64,000 nucleotides of DNA from an uncultured Methanosarcinaceae archaeon (GCA_963833425.1 CAWHXP010000013.1:96001-160000); one strand, 5' to 3'; positions 45,050-56,959 are shown, counted from the stretch's first letter. Translations and numbers: made by a program. The notes: generated by a model from the letters alone, not told the origin.

Positions 45050-45326
45050 AAAAAAGAAATAGGGCAATACTAATTACCTTAAAGAATCTCGTTATTGCCC
45101 TGGAAATTAGGTGACAAACACTTTTAAATTCTGTACTGGGATTGTAGTTATCAACATGAAATTAACAACAATAGGATATTATTTTAATAGTTAGTGAGAT
45201 GACCAACCCGATGCTTTCAAGCTTATTTTTTCCTAACTGTTTAACTCTTTGTGCTAATAGACTGAGCAATTTCTGTTTTAAATTGGGAAAAAAATACAGG
45301 ATCAACTACACTTTACAGAACTTTCG
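45050..45326 (-). ncRNA. Candidate multicopy ncRNA, copy B
   Basis: TATA-like at ~45342-45351; AGGGCAATA/TATTGCCCT stem then T-tract on the minus strand. Confidence 0.45.
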
Positions 45327-45368
45327 GCATGCTGCCGGATCTATATAATTATTCCTTCCCTTCTATTT

Positions 45369-45449
45369 CTATTTACAAATGTTATTTTGGTTAATTAGTT
45401 CCAGATGTTCCATGAGCTCCAGATGTTCTACGGGTACCATGAGCTCCAT
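45369..45449 (-). CDS. Candidate 26-aa microprotein (MELMVPVEHLELMEHLELINQNNICK), copy 3
   Basis: ATG..TAG, colinear with copies 1 and 2. Confidence 0.4.
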   Translation of the reverse strand: MELMVPVEHLELMEHLELINQNNICK

Positions 45450-45577
45450 GAGTAATATATCAGGAATGTTTTCTTATTACTGATGGAATTTAGGAAATTC
45501 ATAGATTTTATCACAAAAACTGGAACTAAAAAAGGAGTGCCAAGCCTGCCTTTGGTGAAAGAATAACCCAGTGAGCT

Positions 45578-46047
45578 TTATTTTTGGAAATTATTGGGAT
45601 TATTTTCCAAAAATATGATATTCAAAGACTCCTGTACCATTTCATCAGTTACATCAGAATGTTTGGATTTATATTCGTCAATACTTTCTGCAAGTGCTTT
45701 TGCAAGATTATGAACGCTACCTTTAGGTTTACTGCCTATACTAAGCTGTCGAATATGAGCTACTGCTTCCGTAGTGGTAAGTTCTTTTTCACAGATGAAA
45801 AGAGCAACCTTTCTTATCAAATCTACATCTTCTAATCTGCCCAATTCAATGAGTATAGTTTTTGTAGGTATCAAAAACTGGCTTCATAACAATTAGGGCG
45901 GAGATTATAAACGAAAATTCATCACTGTCTCCATCATCTAATGCAACTTGTGCAACCAGTGCATAATATTGATTCATCTCAGTTCTATCAGTTTTATTAT
46001 AGTCCATCCGCTCCCATTCCACGAAATTTTTTATTGAAAACTTGCTA
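45578..46047 (-). pseudogene. Hypothetical protein 3' fragment truncated by the IS6 MITE
   Basis: Protein-like ORF without a credible start; coding-like sequence runs to the MITE edge. Confidence 0.45.
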
Positions 46048-46196
46048 GGTTCTGTTGCAAAAATAATTTTACTGCCTTTTTAGGTTATAATTATTGCTTT
46101 TTGTATCATTATTGATCTGTTTAGAGCATATAAATACCCCATTTGTGATGTTTTTCACTGGTTTTGTAAAATAACCAGATTTTTTGCAACGGAACC
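46048..46196. mobile_element. 149-bp IS6-derived MITE
   Basis: Reverse-complement homologue of 19173-19321. Confidence 0.9.
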
Positions 46197-46479
46197 TGAA
46201 TGCTAATGAAATTAGAGCGCTGAAAGTACTCTCAGCACCTAATTTTTGGGATCAAGATTTATTCGAAATACTGATGAAAAAGTTTGATCCGGGATTTCCA
46301 ACTGGTGCCTTTTCAGAATTAATTAAATCTTCCTTTATCAAAGTAGAATCGGATGGGAGATATTCTATCCATCAATTGATGAGAAAAAGCCTTCAGGAAG
46401 ATCAAGATCTAGCCGACAGAAAAAAGATCCATGAATTTCTACGTGAGTACTACAGTTACAAACTAATAGATATTGATAT
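46197..46479 (+). pseudogene. Internal fragment of a STAND-type ATPase/TPR protein (winged-helix region)
   Basis: FSELIKSSFI...RYSIHQLMRKSL resembles the hxhHD winged-helix motif of STAND NTPases; bounded by a MITE and an IS6. Confidence 0.5.
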
Positions 46480-46971
46480 GATAAGCTGGATTCTTATCAA
46501 CGGTTATTACTCTTGGAATTTGATTATGATTAGAACTTAAAGCTTTCTTAAAGAATCTCTTCGCTGCTTTTCTATTTCGTTTTGAACTTAACATGAAATC
46601 AATTGTATCTCCATTTGAGTCAACTGCTCGGTAAAAATATTTCCATTTACCTTTTACTTTGATATAGGTTTCATCAACTCTCCACGAATCATTTGTTGGT
46701 CTTAAATGTTTTCTTATCTTCTTTTCTATTTCAGGGGAATATCGATGTACCCATCTCATGATTGTTGTATGGTAGACTTTTACTCCCCTTTCTGCCATCA
46801 TTTCCTTTAAATTTCTATAACTTAATGCATATTTTAAGTACCATCTTACATTCAATAGGATAATTTCCCCTTCATAATGCTTCCATTTAAAGGAATTAGA
46901 TAGCATGTTACTATCTCTGGTTTTCTTTTTATTCTATTGTATCAGTAGAAAGGATTTTTTGCAACAGAACC
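46480..46971 (-). mobile_element. 3'-truncated IS6 element
   Basis: Left TIR at 46971; transposase stops after TVDKNPAY. Confidence 0.93.
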
Positions 46972-47255
46972 CAAAAAGCTGTACATAACATCATAGATTC
47001 ATTCTTTTAACAGTAAAAAGAACTTTTCCTACCTGAATATCTTTTTTAGTTACTGAATAAATTCATTCCCCTTGAGCTCTTTTTGAGCTGACCCTTTTTT
47101 TAATATAGTACTCATTTCAGAGGACGTTCTTTTACTGCTCTCTTCATTGTTGGTCATAATTTCTTGATTTTGCTCCAAAGCATCCTCTGTCTTTATAAAT
47201 CACTTAAATTTTTAACTTTTTATTATATCCGTAGTATTTTCCTTTATTTATTTCT

Positions 47256-50200
47256 TCATCTCTTAGATCCAGACATGAAATCAGAAAGTCCAAGCTGTTT
47301 GACTCTGTGATTTTCAAATAAAGAACATATATCTTTATCCAAAAGTTCGATCCTCTGTAGGGTATAGCTGGAAACCCCGTACCTCTCTCCAATCTCTTTT
47401 GAAATCTCAAGATATTTTTTAACAGATCCTTCATACACTGTTAGCACTACATTGCCTCCACATTGTGGACAGAAACCTATAAGAGGAGGGCGTCTAAATT
47501 TTTCTCCACACTTAATACAACGCATCCGTTGCCTGGAGAAGGAACGAAGGTTCCCGAGAAGGTCGGGAAGAAAATGAGACTTGAGAACTCTTTCTGCCAC
47601 ATCTGAAGCATCTACAGCTCTTATCTTATTGGCCAGGGAAAGTTGAGCTTCCATTTTTTCTATCATGCTTCCCATAGTTTTATAAGAAGAATTCAGTGGG
47701 CCTGCGGCAATATCCGTAGTGTCGTGTGTGAACATAAAATGTTCATACTGCTTAAACGTCCCAAGCCTACAACTAACCAGGTCCATAACGCCTTCAAGTT
47801 CAGTGGGGTTCTTGATCTCCTGGGTAGCCTTGTAGAATTCAAGGGGATATTTTGCAAGCACTTCTATATTATGTGCTTCCTTATCTACTTCTTTAGGGTC
47901 GATACGGGTCGTAAGAACCAGAGGAGCATCCATTTTCCCCCCCCTTTTATCCGGGAGATAAAATCTCGAGAAATTAAGGATTCCATCCATAAGGAGCATT
48001 ATACAGTCTTCATCTCCATCACAATTTCGGCGTTTAGAAGCATGGAAAAAAGGATGAGCATAACCGACTGAAGCTTTAGTGAAACCTATCAGCCTCCCGA
48101 GTACTCCTGCAGAAGTATGTGGAGCAAGTCCTATAAGTAATACTCCTACCAAATCTTGAATTGTCTCAGCGTTGTAATATGGCTCAACATGGTAATATTT
48201 CACAAGAAGATCATCCACGTATTTTGCAGTACGCAGCATATACTCTCCCCCGTCGTAAGAAATCACAAGATCCTGGACCTTCAAGCACACGACTTGGTCA
48301 TTCCTCTCGAGTGATTTCCCATAAATATCCTCTGTATAGCCGAGTTCAAGAAGTTTGGCTGCCGTAATTCCGAGTTCATCAGCCCGGATATGAGTAAGTG
48401 GAATATCTGACATATCATAACGAACAGTCCCGTCCTTAAAAATATAAACATCGTGTTTCGCTCGAAGGATTCCTTTTTCGAGAGGCTCTGGAGTCATCTG
48501 CCCGTTCATGAGCCGCTTTACTCCTTTGATGATGTCTTTTTTTTCTCTTTCTCCTACATTTTCAAAAGCCTGCTTGTAAATGGAACGGAAATCAAGTTTA
48601 ACCTTTGAAACTGAATTTGATTTTCTTCCGCATTTGTGACAGGTCTCTGCACCTTTTACATCCATCTTGCAGCGAGGGCAAAAAAGTTTTGGAAGGGTAT
48701 ACTCTCCGCAGTCACAGCGCCAAAAATATGCCTCTTTCCTACAGGTAGGACATTCTCTTAGCCCTATTTCGACTTCAATTTCTCCAATCTTTCCATTCAT
48801 GGAAGTAGAATACTCAGAAGCAGATACAATGTTCCGAGTAATCCCCCCGGCATTACTTATTGGGAAGAGTACCTGAGCTGCAGGAGACATCTTTCGAAGG
48901 TTAGATTTTTCCGGCCTTCCCATCCTTGCCCCTATTCTCGAAGGAGCTCTGGGTAGAATTTTAAACCCACTGAGAAGAGCAGCAGCATCCACAATATTAT
49001 CAGTATCAGGTATCTGGGCTCTTTCTTTCAGTTTTGTATCGAGCCCAAGGCAAGAAATGAAAGGAAGAGATTCTTCGATAAAGATTGTTTCATTTTTTAC
49101 TCCGTGCAGCACCAAGAGTTTTTCAAATATGAATTTGATGCCTTCTTTCAGACAAGCTTCTAGAGGTAACCTGAGAATTCCGTCTTCAGCCGAAAAAATT
49201 CCTCTTTCAACTACGAATTTTCTCAAAGCTTCAAATTCACTTAAGTTTATATCATGCCAGAGATAGGTGAACTTTGGATGTAGCGGGACATTGAATTCCT
49301 TCGCAAGTCTGAGAACCAAATTTGCCGATGGGTTTTTCAATTCTTCTTCAGGGATTTTTTCGGGACATGTTGCCTCATAGTCATAATGCCACCATTCAAA
49401 AACATACGGAGAAGGCATAAGTGGATGGTTATTTTCCAGAAAATCCCCGTAATTGATAAGGATCTCGCCAATGTCTACTATTACTTCTATTTGTGAGCGG
49501 ATTCTATAGGCTTTTTCTATGTTATCTACACGGACAAGATCTCCGGAATAAAGGCGCACAGTTGGTCCCTCTATCGAATCTACGGCCGAAATGGCTGCAG
49601 CTTTTCCAGGTCTTTCTACTTTAAGCTGAGTTCCGTTAGTAATAAAATCATCAAGTAATACCATGGTGGAAGGATTTATTCCTGCAGCTGCAAAAGAAGT
49701 ATTTCTTGAACGTCCGTAGCGAAGTCTAAATCCGCCTGGCCTTGAGGGGTGAGAAAAAACAGGCCTTCCTGCAATAAGGTCTCTTATATATTTATCCCTC
49801 GGCTTAATATTTGTCTGCTCATTTTCTTTATCTCCTACAGCTTTTGAGCCTCCAATAAGCTTTTCCAGCCATTCCCAACCATCCATATTGAGCTTATTAA
49901 CATGTTTTTTAACCTTTGGAGCTTTGAGGGCAAGCCCTTCAGCAAGTACAAGGCACATTCCTCCTCTAACACGGTTTGTTACTATCCTCTCCAGATCTCT
50001 ATGACCTTCTACCTCAGCTTCTTCAGTTGGGTCCCCATCTATACAAACTGGGCAGTTTCGCACTATCAAACGGATTTCATCTTCAGAAGGGGTATACTGC
50101 AAACTTGCAACTCTTTTATAAAGCATTATTTCTTCCACATAGCGCTCCACCTCTTCTGGCCTTGGTTTATAGCGTCCAATCCCGATACCTCGTCTTACAT

Positions 50201-50693
50201 AGTCACCCACAAGTACGGAAAGAGCCTGTGCTGTCCCTCCTGCACTCCGGATGGGCCCAGAATAAAATATTCTGATATAATGAGAACCATCGTCGTTATT
50301 CCCCAGTTGAACCTTGTCGATTCCCTCAATTGGAGCTGCAACAACTCCTTCTGTAAGAGTAGCCATTGAAACCCTGATTGCAGCTTCAACTGCATCCTTC
50401 TTAGTGGCAAAGATTCCAACTTCACCTTCTGCAACCTGACGCCCAATCTCGAGAGCTGCTTCCTCCCTAGACATCCTTGTCTCAAGATCCCGAATCTTTT
50501 CTGCAACTCCTTTTACTCCTATCAGATTCTCAACCCTATCTGCAAGATCCTTGGCGAGGAGAATTTCTACAACTGGCTTGGGGTCTCCCCCACGGGCACG
50601 AGCTCTGTTTGCAATCCCAATTGCTTCTTTGAGCCTCCCTTCGAGTCCATCGAAGTATTCGTGCATCTTATCACTTGCAATTATTTCACCCAT
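47256..50693 (-). CDS. polC: DNA polymerase D large subunit DP2
   Basis: [35 protein letters not shown], catalytic RRNCDGDED, zinc fingers. Confidence 0.98.
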   Translation of the reverse strand: MGEIIASDKMHEYFDGLEGRLKEAIGIANRARARGGDPKPVVEILLAKDLADRVENLIGVKGVAEKIRDLETRMSREEAALEIGRQVAEGEVGIFATKKDAVEAAIRVSMATLTEGVVAAPIEGIDKVQLGNNDDGSHYIRIFYSGPIRSAGGTAQALSVLVGDYVRRGIGIGRYKPRPEEVERYVEEIMLYKRVASLQYTPSEDEIRLIVRNCPVCIDGDPTEEAEVEGHRDLERIVTNRVRGGMCLVLAEGLALKAPKVKKHVNKLNMDGWEWLEKLIGGSKAVGDKENEQTNIKPRDKYIRDLIAGRPVFSHPSRPGGFRLRYGRSRNTSFAAAGINPSTMVLLDDFITNGTQLKVERPGKAAAISAVDSIEGPTVRLYSGDLVRVDNIEKAYRIRSQIEVIVDIGEILINYGDFLENNHPLMPSPYVFEWWHYDYEATCPEKIPEEELKNPSANLVLRLAKEFNVPLHPKFTYLWHDINLSEFEALRKFVVERGIFSAEDGILRLPLEACLKEGIKFIFEKLLVLHGVKNETIFIEESLPFISCLGLDTKLKERAQIPDTDNIVDAAALLSGFKILPRAPSRIGARMGRPEKSNLRKMSPAAQVLFPISNAGGITRNIVSASEYSTSMNGKIGEIEVEIGLRECPTCRKEAYFWRCDCGEYTLPKLFCPRCKMDVKGAETCHKCGRKSNSVSKVKLDFRSIYKQAFENVGEREKKDIIKGVKRLMNGQMTPEPLEKGILRAKHDVYIFKDGTVRYDMSDIPLTHIRADELGITAAKLLELGYTEDIYGKSLERNDQVVCLKVQDLVISYDGGEYMLRTAKYVDDLLVKYYHVEPYYNAETIQDLVGVLLIGLAPHTSAGVLGRLIGFTKASVGYAHPFFHASKRRNCDGDEDCIMLLMDGILNFSRFYLPDKRGGKMDAPLVLTTRIDPKEVDKEAHNIEVLAKYPLEFYKATQEIKNPTELEGVMDLVSCRLGTFKQYEHFMFTHDTTDIAAGPLNSSYKTMGSMIEKMEAQLSLANKIRAVDASDVAERVLKSHFLPDLLGNLRSFSRQRMRCIKCGEKFRRPPLIGFCPQCGGNVVLTVYEGSVKKYLEISKEIGERYGVSSYTLQRIELLDKDICSLFENHRVKQLGLSDFMSGSKR

Positions 50694-51006
50694 TTTGGAA
50701 GCCTCTTTAAAAGAAAAAACTGACTTATCTAGGCCTTCGAAGATGTCGGAGGCTAAGGTGTCTAATGTTTCAGCTAAAATAAAGACAAAAATTACAGTTC
50801 GGACAATATAGCATCTCTATTTCTTCCATTCCAAGCCTATTAAAAACAGACCAGCAACTGGCATCACAAAGTAAATTTCGTTTAATTTTTCATTTTGTTC
50901 CATGACTTTTTGTGGGCCCGTATCTTTTGCATATTTTCTTCTTTCTACTTTCAAAAATGTCTATCTCAATTATATCAAACTTTTTATACTGCTGTCATAA
51001 TCTAAC

Positions 51007-52098
51007 TTAAACAGTAAATATTGACGATGAAGCTTCTCTCATTCTGTTAATGAGAGCACCACCAAGTCCTGAATGGCTGAAGGAGCCATCGACTACGATG
51101 ATATCTAGACCCTTTTTGTCAAGATCTCTGAGCCCTACAAAAAATTTTCTGGCAGCAATTTCTGGTTCTTTTCGGGATCCCAGCAAAAAGGATTCCTCAA
51201 TATCCAATTCCTTCAAAGCAAAAATTCCTGCAGTTTCCTTGCTTAGTAGGAACCCGATTTTTTGCCCAGTATCCCTATAATTATCGAGTAGTTCAATAAT
51301 TTTTTCCGAAACTGATTCATTTCCCCCTTCAACGAGAATGACCTTTGTATTAGGAATATAGTGCCCGTATCTATGGGACACTTGCTTTTTCAGAGATGCT
51401 TCATCAATCCTAACATTATCATTTTTGTATCCATAATTTATTTTTCCGATGATTTTTTCAAGCTCTTTAATCCCCACAGCTCCGGGCCTAAGCACAATCG
51501 GAGCCTCAGCAGTCATATCAATCACAGTAGATTCAAGGCCTATGGCAGCTACTCCTCCATCAATAATTGCATTTATTCTACCAGCAAGATCATCTATTAC
51601 GTGTGCTGCGAGAATGGAACTAGGCTTTCCTGAAAGGTTTGCACTCGGAGCGGCAAGAGGAGTACCTGCCCTTGTTATGAGTTCTAGAGGGATCATGTGA
51701 TTAGGCATGCGTATTCCTATGGATGGAAGGTATCCGGAGGTAATTCCTGGGACGATATCTTTTTTTTCCAGAATAATCGTAAGTGGGCCTGGCCAGAAAG
51801 CATCCATGAGCCTGAAGGCTTTTTCCGGGATATTCCTTGAAATCTTCTCGAGATCTCCTCTTGAATGGACGAGCAAGCTAAGAGGATTTCCTGAGGGACG
51901 TTCTTTTGCCTCGAAAATATTCCGGACTGCGTATCTATTCAAGCCGTCAGCCCCTAGCCCGTAGACAGTTTCCGTGGGGAAAGCTACAGTTCCTCCACTC
52001 CTGATAATCGCCGCTGACTCTTCAAGAACGACATCTAAGTTTCCTTCGGAAACCCGGAAAATTCGGGTCTTTATTTTATTCCATTTTTCAGTCTTCAC
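51007..52098 (-). CDS. sua5: L-threonylcarbamoyladenylate synthase (Sua5)
   Basis: VAFPTETVYGLGA, FWPGPLT, APSANLSG, GLESTVID, C-terminal SUA5 domain. Confidence 0.95.
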   Translation of the reverse strand: MKTEKWNKIKTRIFRVSEGNLDVVLEESAAIIRSGGTVAFPTETVYGLGADGLNRYAVRNIFEAKERPSGNPLSLLVHSRGDLEKISRNIPEKAFRLMDAFWPGPLTIILEKKDIVPGITSGYLPSIGIRMPNHMIPLELITRAGTPLAAPSANLSGKPSSILAAHVIDDLAGRINAIIDGGVAAIGLESTVIDMTAEAPIVLRPGAVGIKELEKIIGKINYGYKNDNVRIDEASLKKQVSHRYGHYIPNTKVILVEGGNESVSEKIIELLDNYRDTGQKIGFLLSKETAGIFALKELDIEESFLLGSRKEPEIAARKFFVGLRDLDKKGLDIIVVDGSFSHSGLGGALINRMREASSSIFTV

Positions 52099-52176
52099 TA
52101 GTAATAAGCTCCTTCTGGTTCAATTATGCTGACTTCATTTATTTTTCCCATGATTTCGTTTGTAGGTTTCTGAACC

Positions 52177-53463
52177 TTATTTTTTCAACCACTTTCCAAG
52201 TGCTATTTCAAGTTCTTTATGGCTTTTTGCATATTCTTGCAGACTGACTCCATCAATGCTCGCTTCAAGTGCCTGCCTGCAGGCAGTGGCTCCTGCAGCC
52301 GTACCCATAGGATGTGCGTGAATTCCACCACCTAATTGTATAATAACTTCTTTTCCGAAAATGGAGTACAGGTTAGGAATCATTGTAGGAGCAAGTCCTC
52401 CAGATGCGATCGGAAACATGGGTTTTAACCCCCCCCACTCCTGAGATAAGACATGCTGACTTTCATCAGCAAGTACTTTGTCAAGTACACACTCATCCCG
52501 AAGAATAAGAACCTCATTTTTATCTCCGTGCATCTTCCCTACAATCGTACCTATGTGAATCTGATCAAGACCGATAAGTCTGCAGAGTTTGGCAAGGACG
52601 ATCATGCTTATTCCGTGGCGCGGGTTCCGAGTATATGCAGAATGCATGCATCTGTGAGCATGAAGCACCAGACCTGCATCACCAGCGTCTTCCCTCAGAG
52701 TTTGAAGGGCTGTCCAGCCTACGGGTACAATATCGATCATTGCATAGCTTGCGCCAAAGTCTTTAAGAATATTCATGCGGCTAATCATTTCCTTGCAAGT
52801 TGAGGCAGTGATGTTGCAGATGTACATCTTGCGTTCTCCAGTCTCTAACTCCGCCTTTTCTGCGAGCTTGAGTGTGAGTTCGGCTCTCTTTTCAAAGCTG
52901 TTAAATTTCTGGTTTGTAAGGTTCTCATCATCTTTAACAAGGTCACAACCTCCCGCAAAAGAATGATAAGCGACTTCAGCATGTTTTTCAGAGTTTAACC
53001 CTACTTTAGGCTTGACGATGGACCCTATAAAAGGCCTGTCCTGAACGTTCATAAGTTTCCTGATTCCTGGCAACCCAAAGTTCGGACCTTTGAACTCGTG
53101 AAGCATCGATTTTGGGAAAGAGATATCCTGCAACCTGAGATTATCAACGATTTTCATGCTAAGAATATTTCCTGCAACAGCACTTAGAACCTGTGGGACC
53201 GAACCCAGTTCAAAAAGTTCTTCAGAATAAGCCACCCTTACAGTCTGTGTTTTCTCATCCACGTAGAAGATGTGAGGCTTAAGCCTCTCTGCAAGCTCTG
53301 AACTGAGTGTCACAATTTCAGTCCAGGAATCTATAGAGCTTTCCCCAGCCATGTGTGTTGCTGCTTCCTCGAAATTCACTCCTGCAGATGGTTCTATGTG
53401 GAATTCACATATCAAATCCTTATCCTTGGGGTTATAGTCTATGTCTATATAGTCCCTGAGCAT
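52177..53463 (-). CDS. rbcL: Form III RuBisCO
   Basis: KPKVG, GGCDLVKDDE, HAHR, GKMHG, SGG, QLGGGIHAHP. Confidence 0.95.
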   Translation of the reverse strand: MLRDYIDIDYNPKDKDLICEFHIEPSAGVNFEEAATHMAGESSIDSWTEIVTLSSELAERLKPHIFYVDEKTQTVRVAYSEELFELGSVPQVLSAVAGNILSMKIVDNLRLQDISFPKSMLHEFKGPNFGLPGIRKLMNVQDRPFIGSIVKPKVGLNSEKHAEVAYHSFAGGCDLVKDDENLTNQKFNSFEKRAELTLKLAEKAELETGERKMYICNITASTCKEMISRMNILKDFGASYAMIDIVPVGWTALQTLREDAGDAGLVLHAHRCMHSAYTRNPRHGISMIVLAKLCRLIGLDQIHIGTIVGKMHGDKNEVLILRDECVLDKVLADESQHVLSQEWGGLKPMFPIASGGLAPTMIPNLYSIFGKEVIIQLGGGIHAHPMGTAAGATACRQALEASIDGVSLQEYAKSHKELEIALGKWLKK

Positions 53464-53707
53464 TGTCTTTACTCCATACTAAATAGGTTAATTTTCGGAA
53501 TAAAATTTCTTTATGATAAATAGTAGTCCTGTTGAAGGAAGTAACTGAACATGAATAAAAACTTGTTTATCAAATTCATTGAAACTCAGACTCAAAACAA
53601 AAAAAATATTGAAAATTATGAAAGAAAAATGTTATGGGGTAGACAGATAGGTAACAAATGTGAGTGCATTATTTGTCTACATTAGTTAATTTTTCCAAAA
53701 TAATATA

Positions 53708-53795
53708 AAGGATTTCGATAAACACTTAATTTTGTCATATGCTGATAAATGGAATATTAATAATTCGTGAAAGTCAAAGGTTTATCGTGATCTTT
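53708..53795. mobile_element. IS5-derived MITE
   Basis: AGGATTTCGATAAAC ... GGTTTATCGTGATCTT. Confidence 0.7.
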
Positions 53796-54065
53796 TAAAT
53801 TGCATCGATACTCAGGTACCAGCGTTAAGTGGAGAGGATCCAATCATAAGAAGCTGTTTAAGTTCTAATGTGTATCATTTCGGTCAGAGGCTGAGGCATG
53901 ACGACTGACTATGGTGCAAAAAAATTCACTTTAAAAAAATAGATAATTTTGAGTCTCGAGCGAAAATTAGACGAAGCGAAGGTTCAAATTATCCTTTATT
54001 TAAGGAATTGGATATTAGTGACCTTTCACATCCAAGTAATAATTCGTAATTAAAGGAGTTATCAC

Positions 54066-55040
54066 ATGTTTCCAGATGTCAGATTGAGACGGTTGAGAAA
54101 AGGAAAAATTAGAAACCTTGTACGTGAGACTATATTATCCGTTAACGACTTGGTTCAACCCATTTTTGTGGATGAGGCTATCAAGTCTCCAGTTGAGATT
54201 TCTTCTATGCCTGGAATATACAAATTTCCTATTTCAGAGGTTGCAAAAGAAGCAAAAAAAATCTCAGAACTCGGAATTCCTGCAGTGCTCCTTTTTGGGG
54301 TGCCTGCTTTTAAGGATGCATATGGATGCTCTTCTTTCGGGGAAACTGATGTGACGCAGGAAGCTATCCGTAGGATCAAGGCTGAGCTAGAAGACAAACT
54401 TGTGGTGATCACAGATGTTTGTGTGTGCGAGTACACAAACCATGGACACTGCGGTATAATCGATTTTGAAACTAAATATCTTATGAACGACCAGACTCTT
54501 GAGGTCCTCCAAAAAATAGCCGTCAGCCACGCAAGAGCAGGTGCTGATATAGTGGCCCCCTCAGGAATGATTGATGGCATGGTAGGAGCCATCAGAGGAG
54601 CACTTGATTTAAATGGATTTAATAATGTTCCAATTATGTCTTATGCCGCAAAATACTGCTCTTCTTTTTATGGACCCTTCAGAGACGCTGCCAACTCGTG
54701 CTGCTCTTTTGGGGATCGCTCTACCAACCAGATGGATCCTGCAAACAGCAATGAGGCTATCAGGGAAGTAACCCTTGATATTGCAGAAGGGGCAGATATT
54801 ATAATGGTAAAGCCAGCCATCCCTTACCTAGATATTGTTTATAGGGTAAAGACAGAATTCGGAATACCAACAGCTGCATATAACGTAAGCGGAGAGTATT
54901 CCATGCTTAAAGCAGCTGCAGCTAACGGTTGGCTTGATGAAAAGAAAGCTATTTATGAGTACCTCATTTCTATCAAAAGGGCAGGAGCTGATTTTATAAT
55001 TACCTACTTCGCAAAAGATGCTGCTAGTATTCTTAAGTAA
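54066..55040 (+). CDS. hemB: Porphobilinogen synthase (ALA dehydratase)
   Basis: DVCVCEYTNHGHCG Zn site, MSYAAKY, MVKPA, AYNVSGEY. Confidence 0.97.
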   Translation: MFPDVRLRRLRKGKIRNLVRETILSVNDLVQPIFVDEAIKSPVEISSMPGIYKFPISEVAKEAKKISELGIPAVLLFGVPAFKDAYGCSSFGETDVTQEAIRRIKAELEDKLVVITDVCVCEYTNHGHCGIIDFETKYLMNDQTLEVLQKIAVSHARAGADIVAPSGMIDGMVGAIRGALDLNGFNNVPIMSYAAKYCSSFYGPFRDAANSCCSFGDRSTNQMDPANSNEAIREVTLDIAEGADIIMVKPAIPYLDIVYRVKTEFGIPTAAYNVSGEYSMLKAAAANGWLDEKKAIYEYLISIKRAGADFIITYFAKDAASILK

Positions 55041-55802
55041 GAGTATCAATATCCGTTGCTTCCACTTATCAAAAATTTCCAATTTTTTACTTTTGCTGTT
55101 TTTTTCATTTTAGAGTCTATTTCTCGTTTCGCCTATTTGTTCATCAATTATATTCGAGTAAGTATTAAAATAATAATTATTTTTTATTTGTTCGTCAAAT
55201 ATTTTCATCACATATTTAGCAAATGAGTTTGATTTAGCTAACTCTGCATATTTATCTATGATCAACTCTTGAATCTCAGGAATAATTCAATGTATTCTTT
55301 CAAAATGTTCATCTTCATAATTTCAAGATAATGCAAGTAAATTTAGATTAGATGGATAGGATATTAGTAATAATAACAACACTTCATTCTTTTGACCGTA
55401 ATTTCTGCATGATTTTTTATACTTTTAAGTTTGTGATTTAGGTAGTATGAACAAAAAAGTAATGTTTACGTTGAGAATGTAAATATGTTTTACTTCAAAA
55501 ACTAAGCATCAGTGAAAACATTCGAAAAAAAATTATCAGTAAAATTATAGACTTTAATTCCTGTTTTTATTATGAAACAAGATTTATGATAACAAAATTA
55601 TGCAGAATTAATCAAAATTTACAATCATTAGGGATGCTTGGCATCAGAAGGTTAATTCAAAAAAAATATTTTAATCTTTGATAATTAGCGGTAGGTAAAC
55701 CTAGTTGTAGATAATTTACTCAATAAATTTTAGTCAATTTTTAATCCCTATAGGACTAAAATTGTTGTTATTATTAAACTATCGTCCTGTGATTTAAAGC
55801 TT

Positions 55803-56656
55803 GATTCCGTTGCAAAAACTTCAAAAAAATATGTAAATCTATAAGTAATTAATAAAAATCAAAATATTCAAGGAAAATGTACTAATATTATAAAGCTATA
55901 CCAAATAATTGATTAATGTATTTGACTTCATTAAGAACAGAGTAATTTAGATCGATTACTTGTCCTTTTTTGATCATATTTATAGCTTCAATCCCTTTTA
56001 AAGTCTTATTAGCAGATCGAAAAGACTGAAGCTCTAACATTGGATTAACGATTCGCTTTATAGATCTGTGATCTTGTTCTATAATGTTATTCAAATACTT
56101 GATTTGTCGAATGCCTACGTTTTTAGGTAGTATTTTATCAATTTTTAGTTTATCTATAGCAGATGGATAAGCTGGATTCTTATCAACGGTTATTACTCTT
56201 GGAATTTGATTATGATTAAAACTTAAAGCTTTCTTAAAGAATCTCTTCGCTGCTTTTCTATTTCGTTTTGAACTTAACATGAAATCAATTGTATCTCCAT
56301 TTGAGTCAACTGCTCGGTAAAAATATTTCCATTTACCTTTTACTTTGATATAGGTTTCATCAACTCTCCACGAATTATTTGTTGGTCTTAAATGTTTTCT
56401 TATCTTCTTTTCTATTTCAGGGGAATATTGATGTACCCATCTCATGATTGTTGTATGGTAGACTTTTACTCCCCTTTCTGCCATCATTTCCTTTAAATTT
56501 CTATAACTTAATGCATATTTTAAGTACCATCTTACATTCAATAGGATAATTTCCCCTTCATAATGCTTCCATTTAAAGGAATTAGATAGCATGTTACTAT
56601 CTTTGGTTTTCTTTTTATTCTATTGTATCAGTAGAAAGGATTTTTTCAACGGAACC
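55803..56656 (-). mobile_element. IS6-family element with an intact 234-aa transposase (55888-56592)
   Basis: WRVDETY / TVDK / NNIIEQDHR DDE motifs; slightly imperfect TIRs. Confidence 0.96.
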
Positions 56657-56959
56657 CAACATCTTGAAAAACATTATTTACCTAGAATTATTAAAAATAT
56701 TTTATAGTGCATTAATTCCTATTAACTTATTGTTCGTTTTTATGACTTTTTATATGGAAATGATTTTTGTTCCGAAACAATTTCTCGTATAATTAAATAA
56801 AATAACTGCATGGATATTATTATTGCATCTTGAGCAAACAGACCAAGAAAATTTTAGTGAATGAGACCGGTCAGTTTGTATCCTTTGGGAAAGATTCCTG
56901 GAACAAAATGGTCATTTTCAAGTCATTTTAGGAGTTTACATCAAAACGGAGGTATAACT

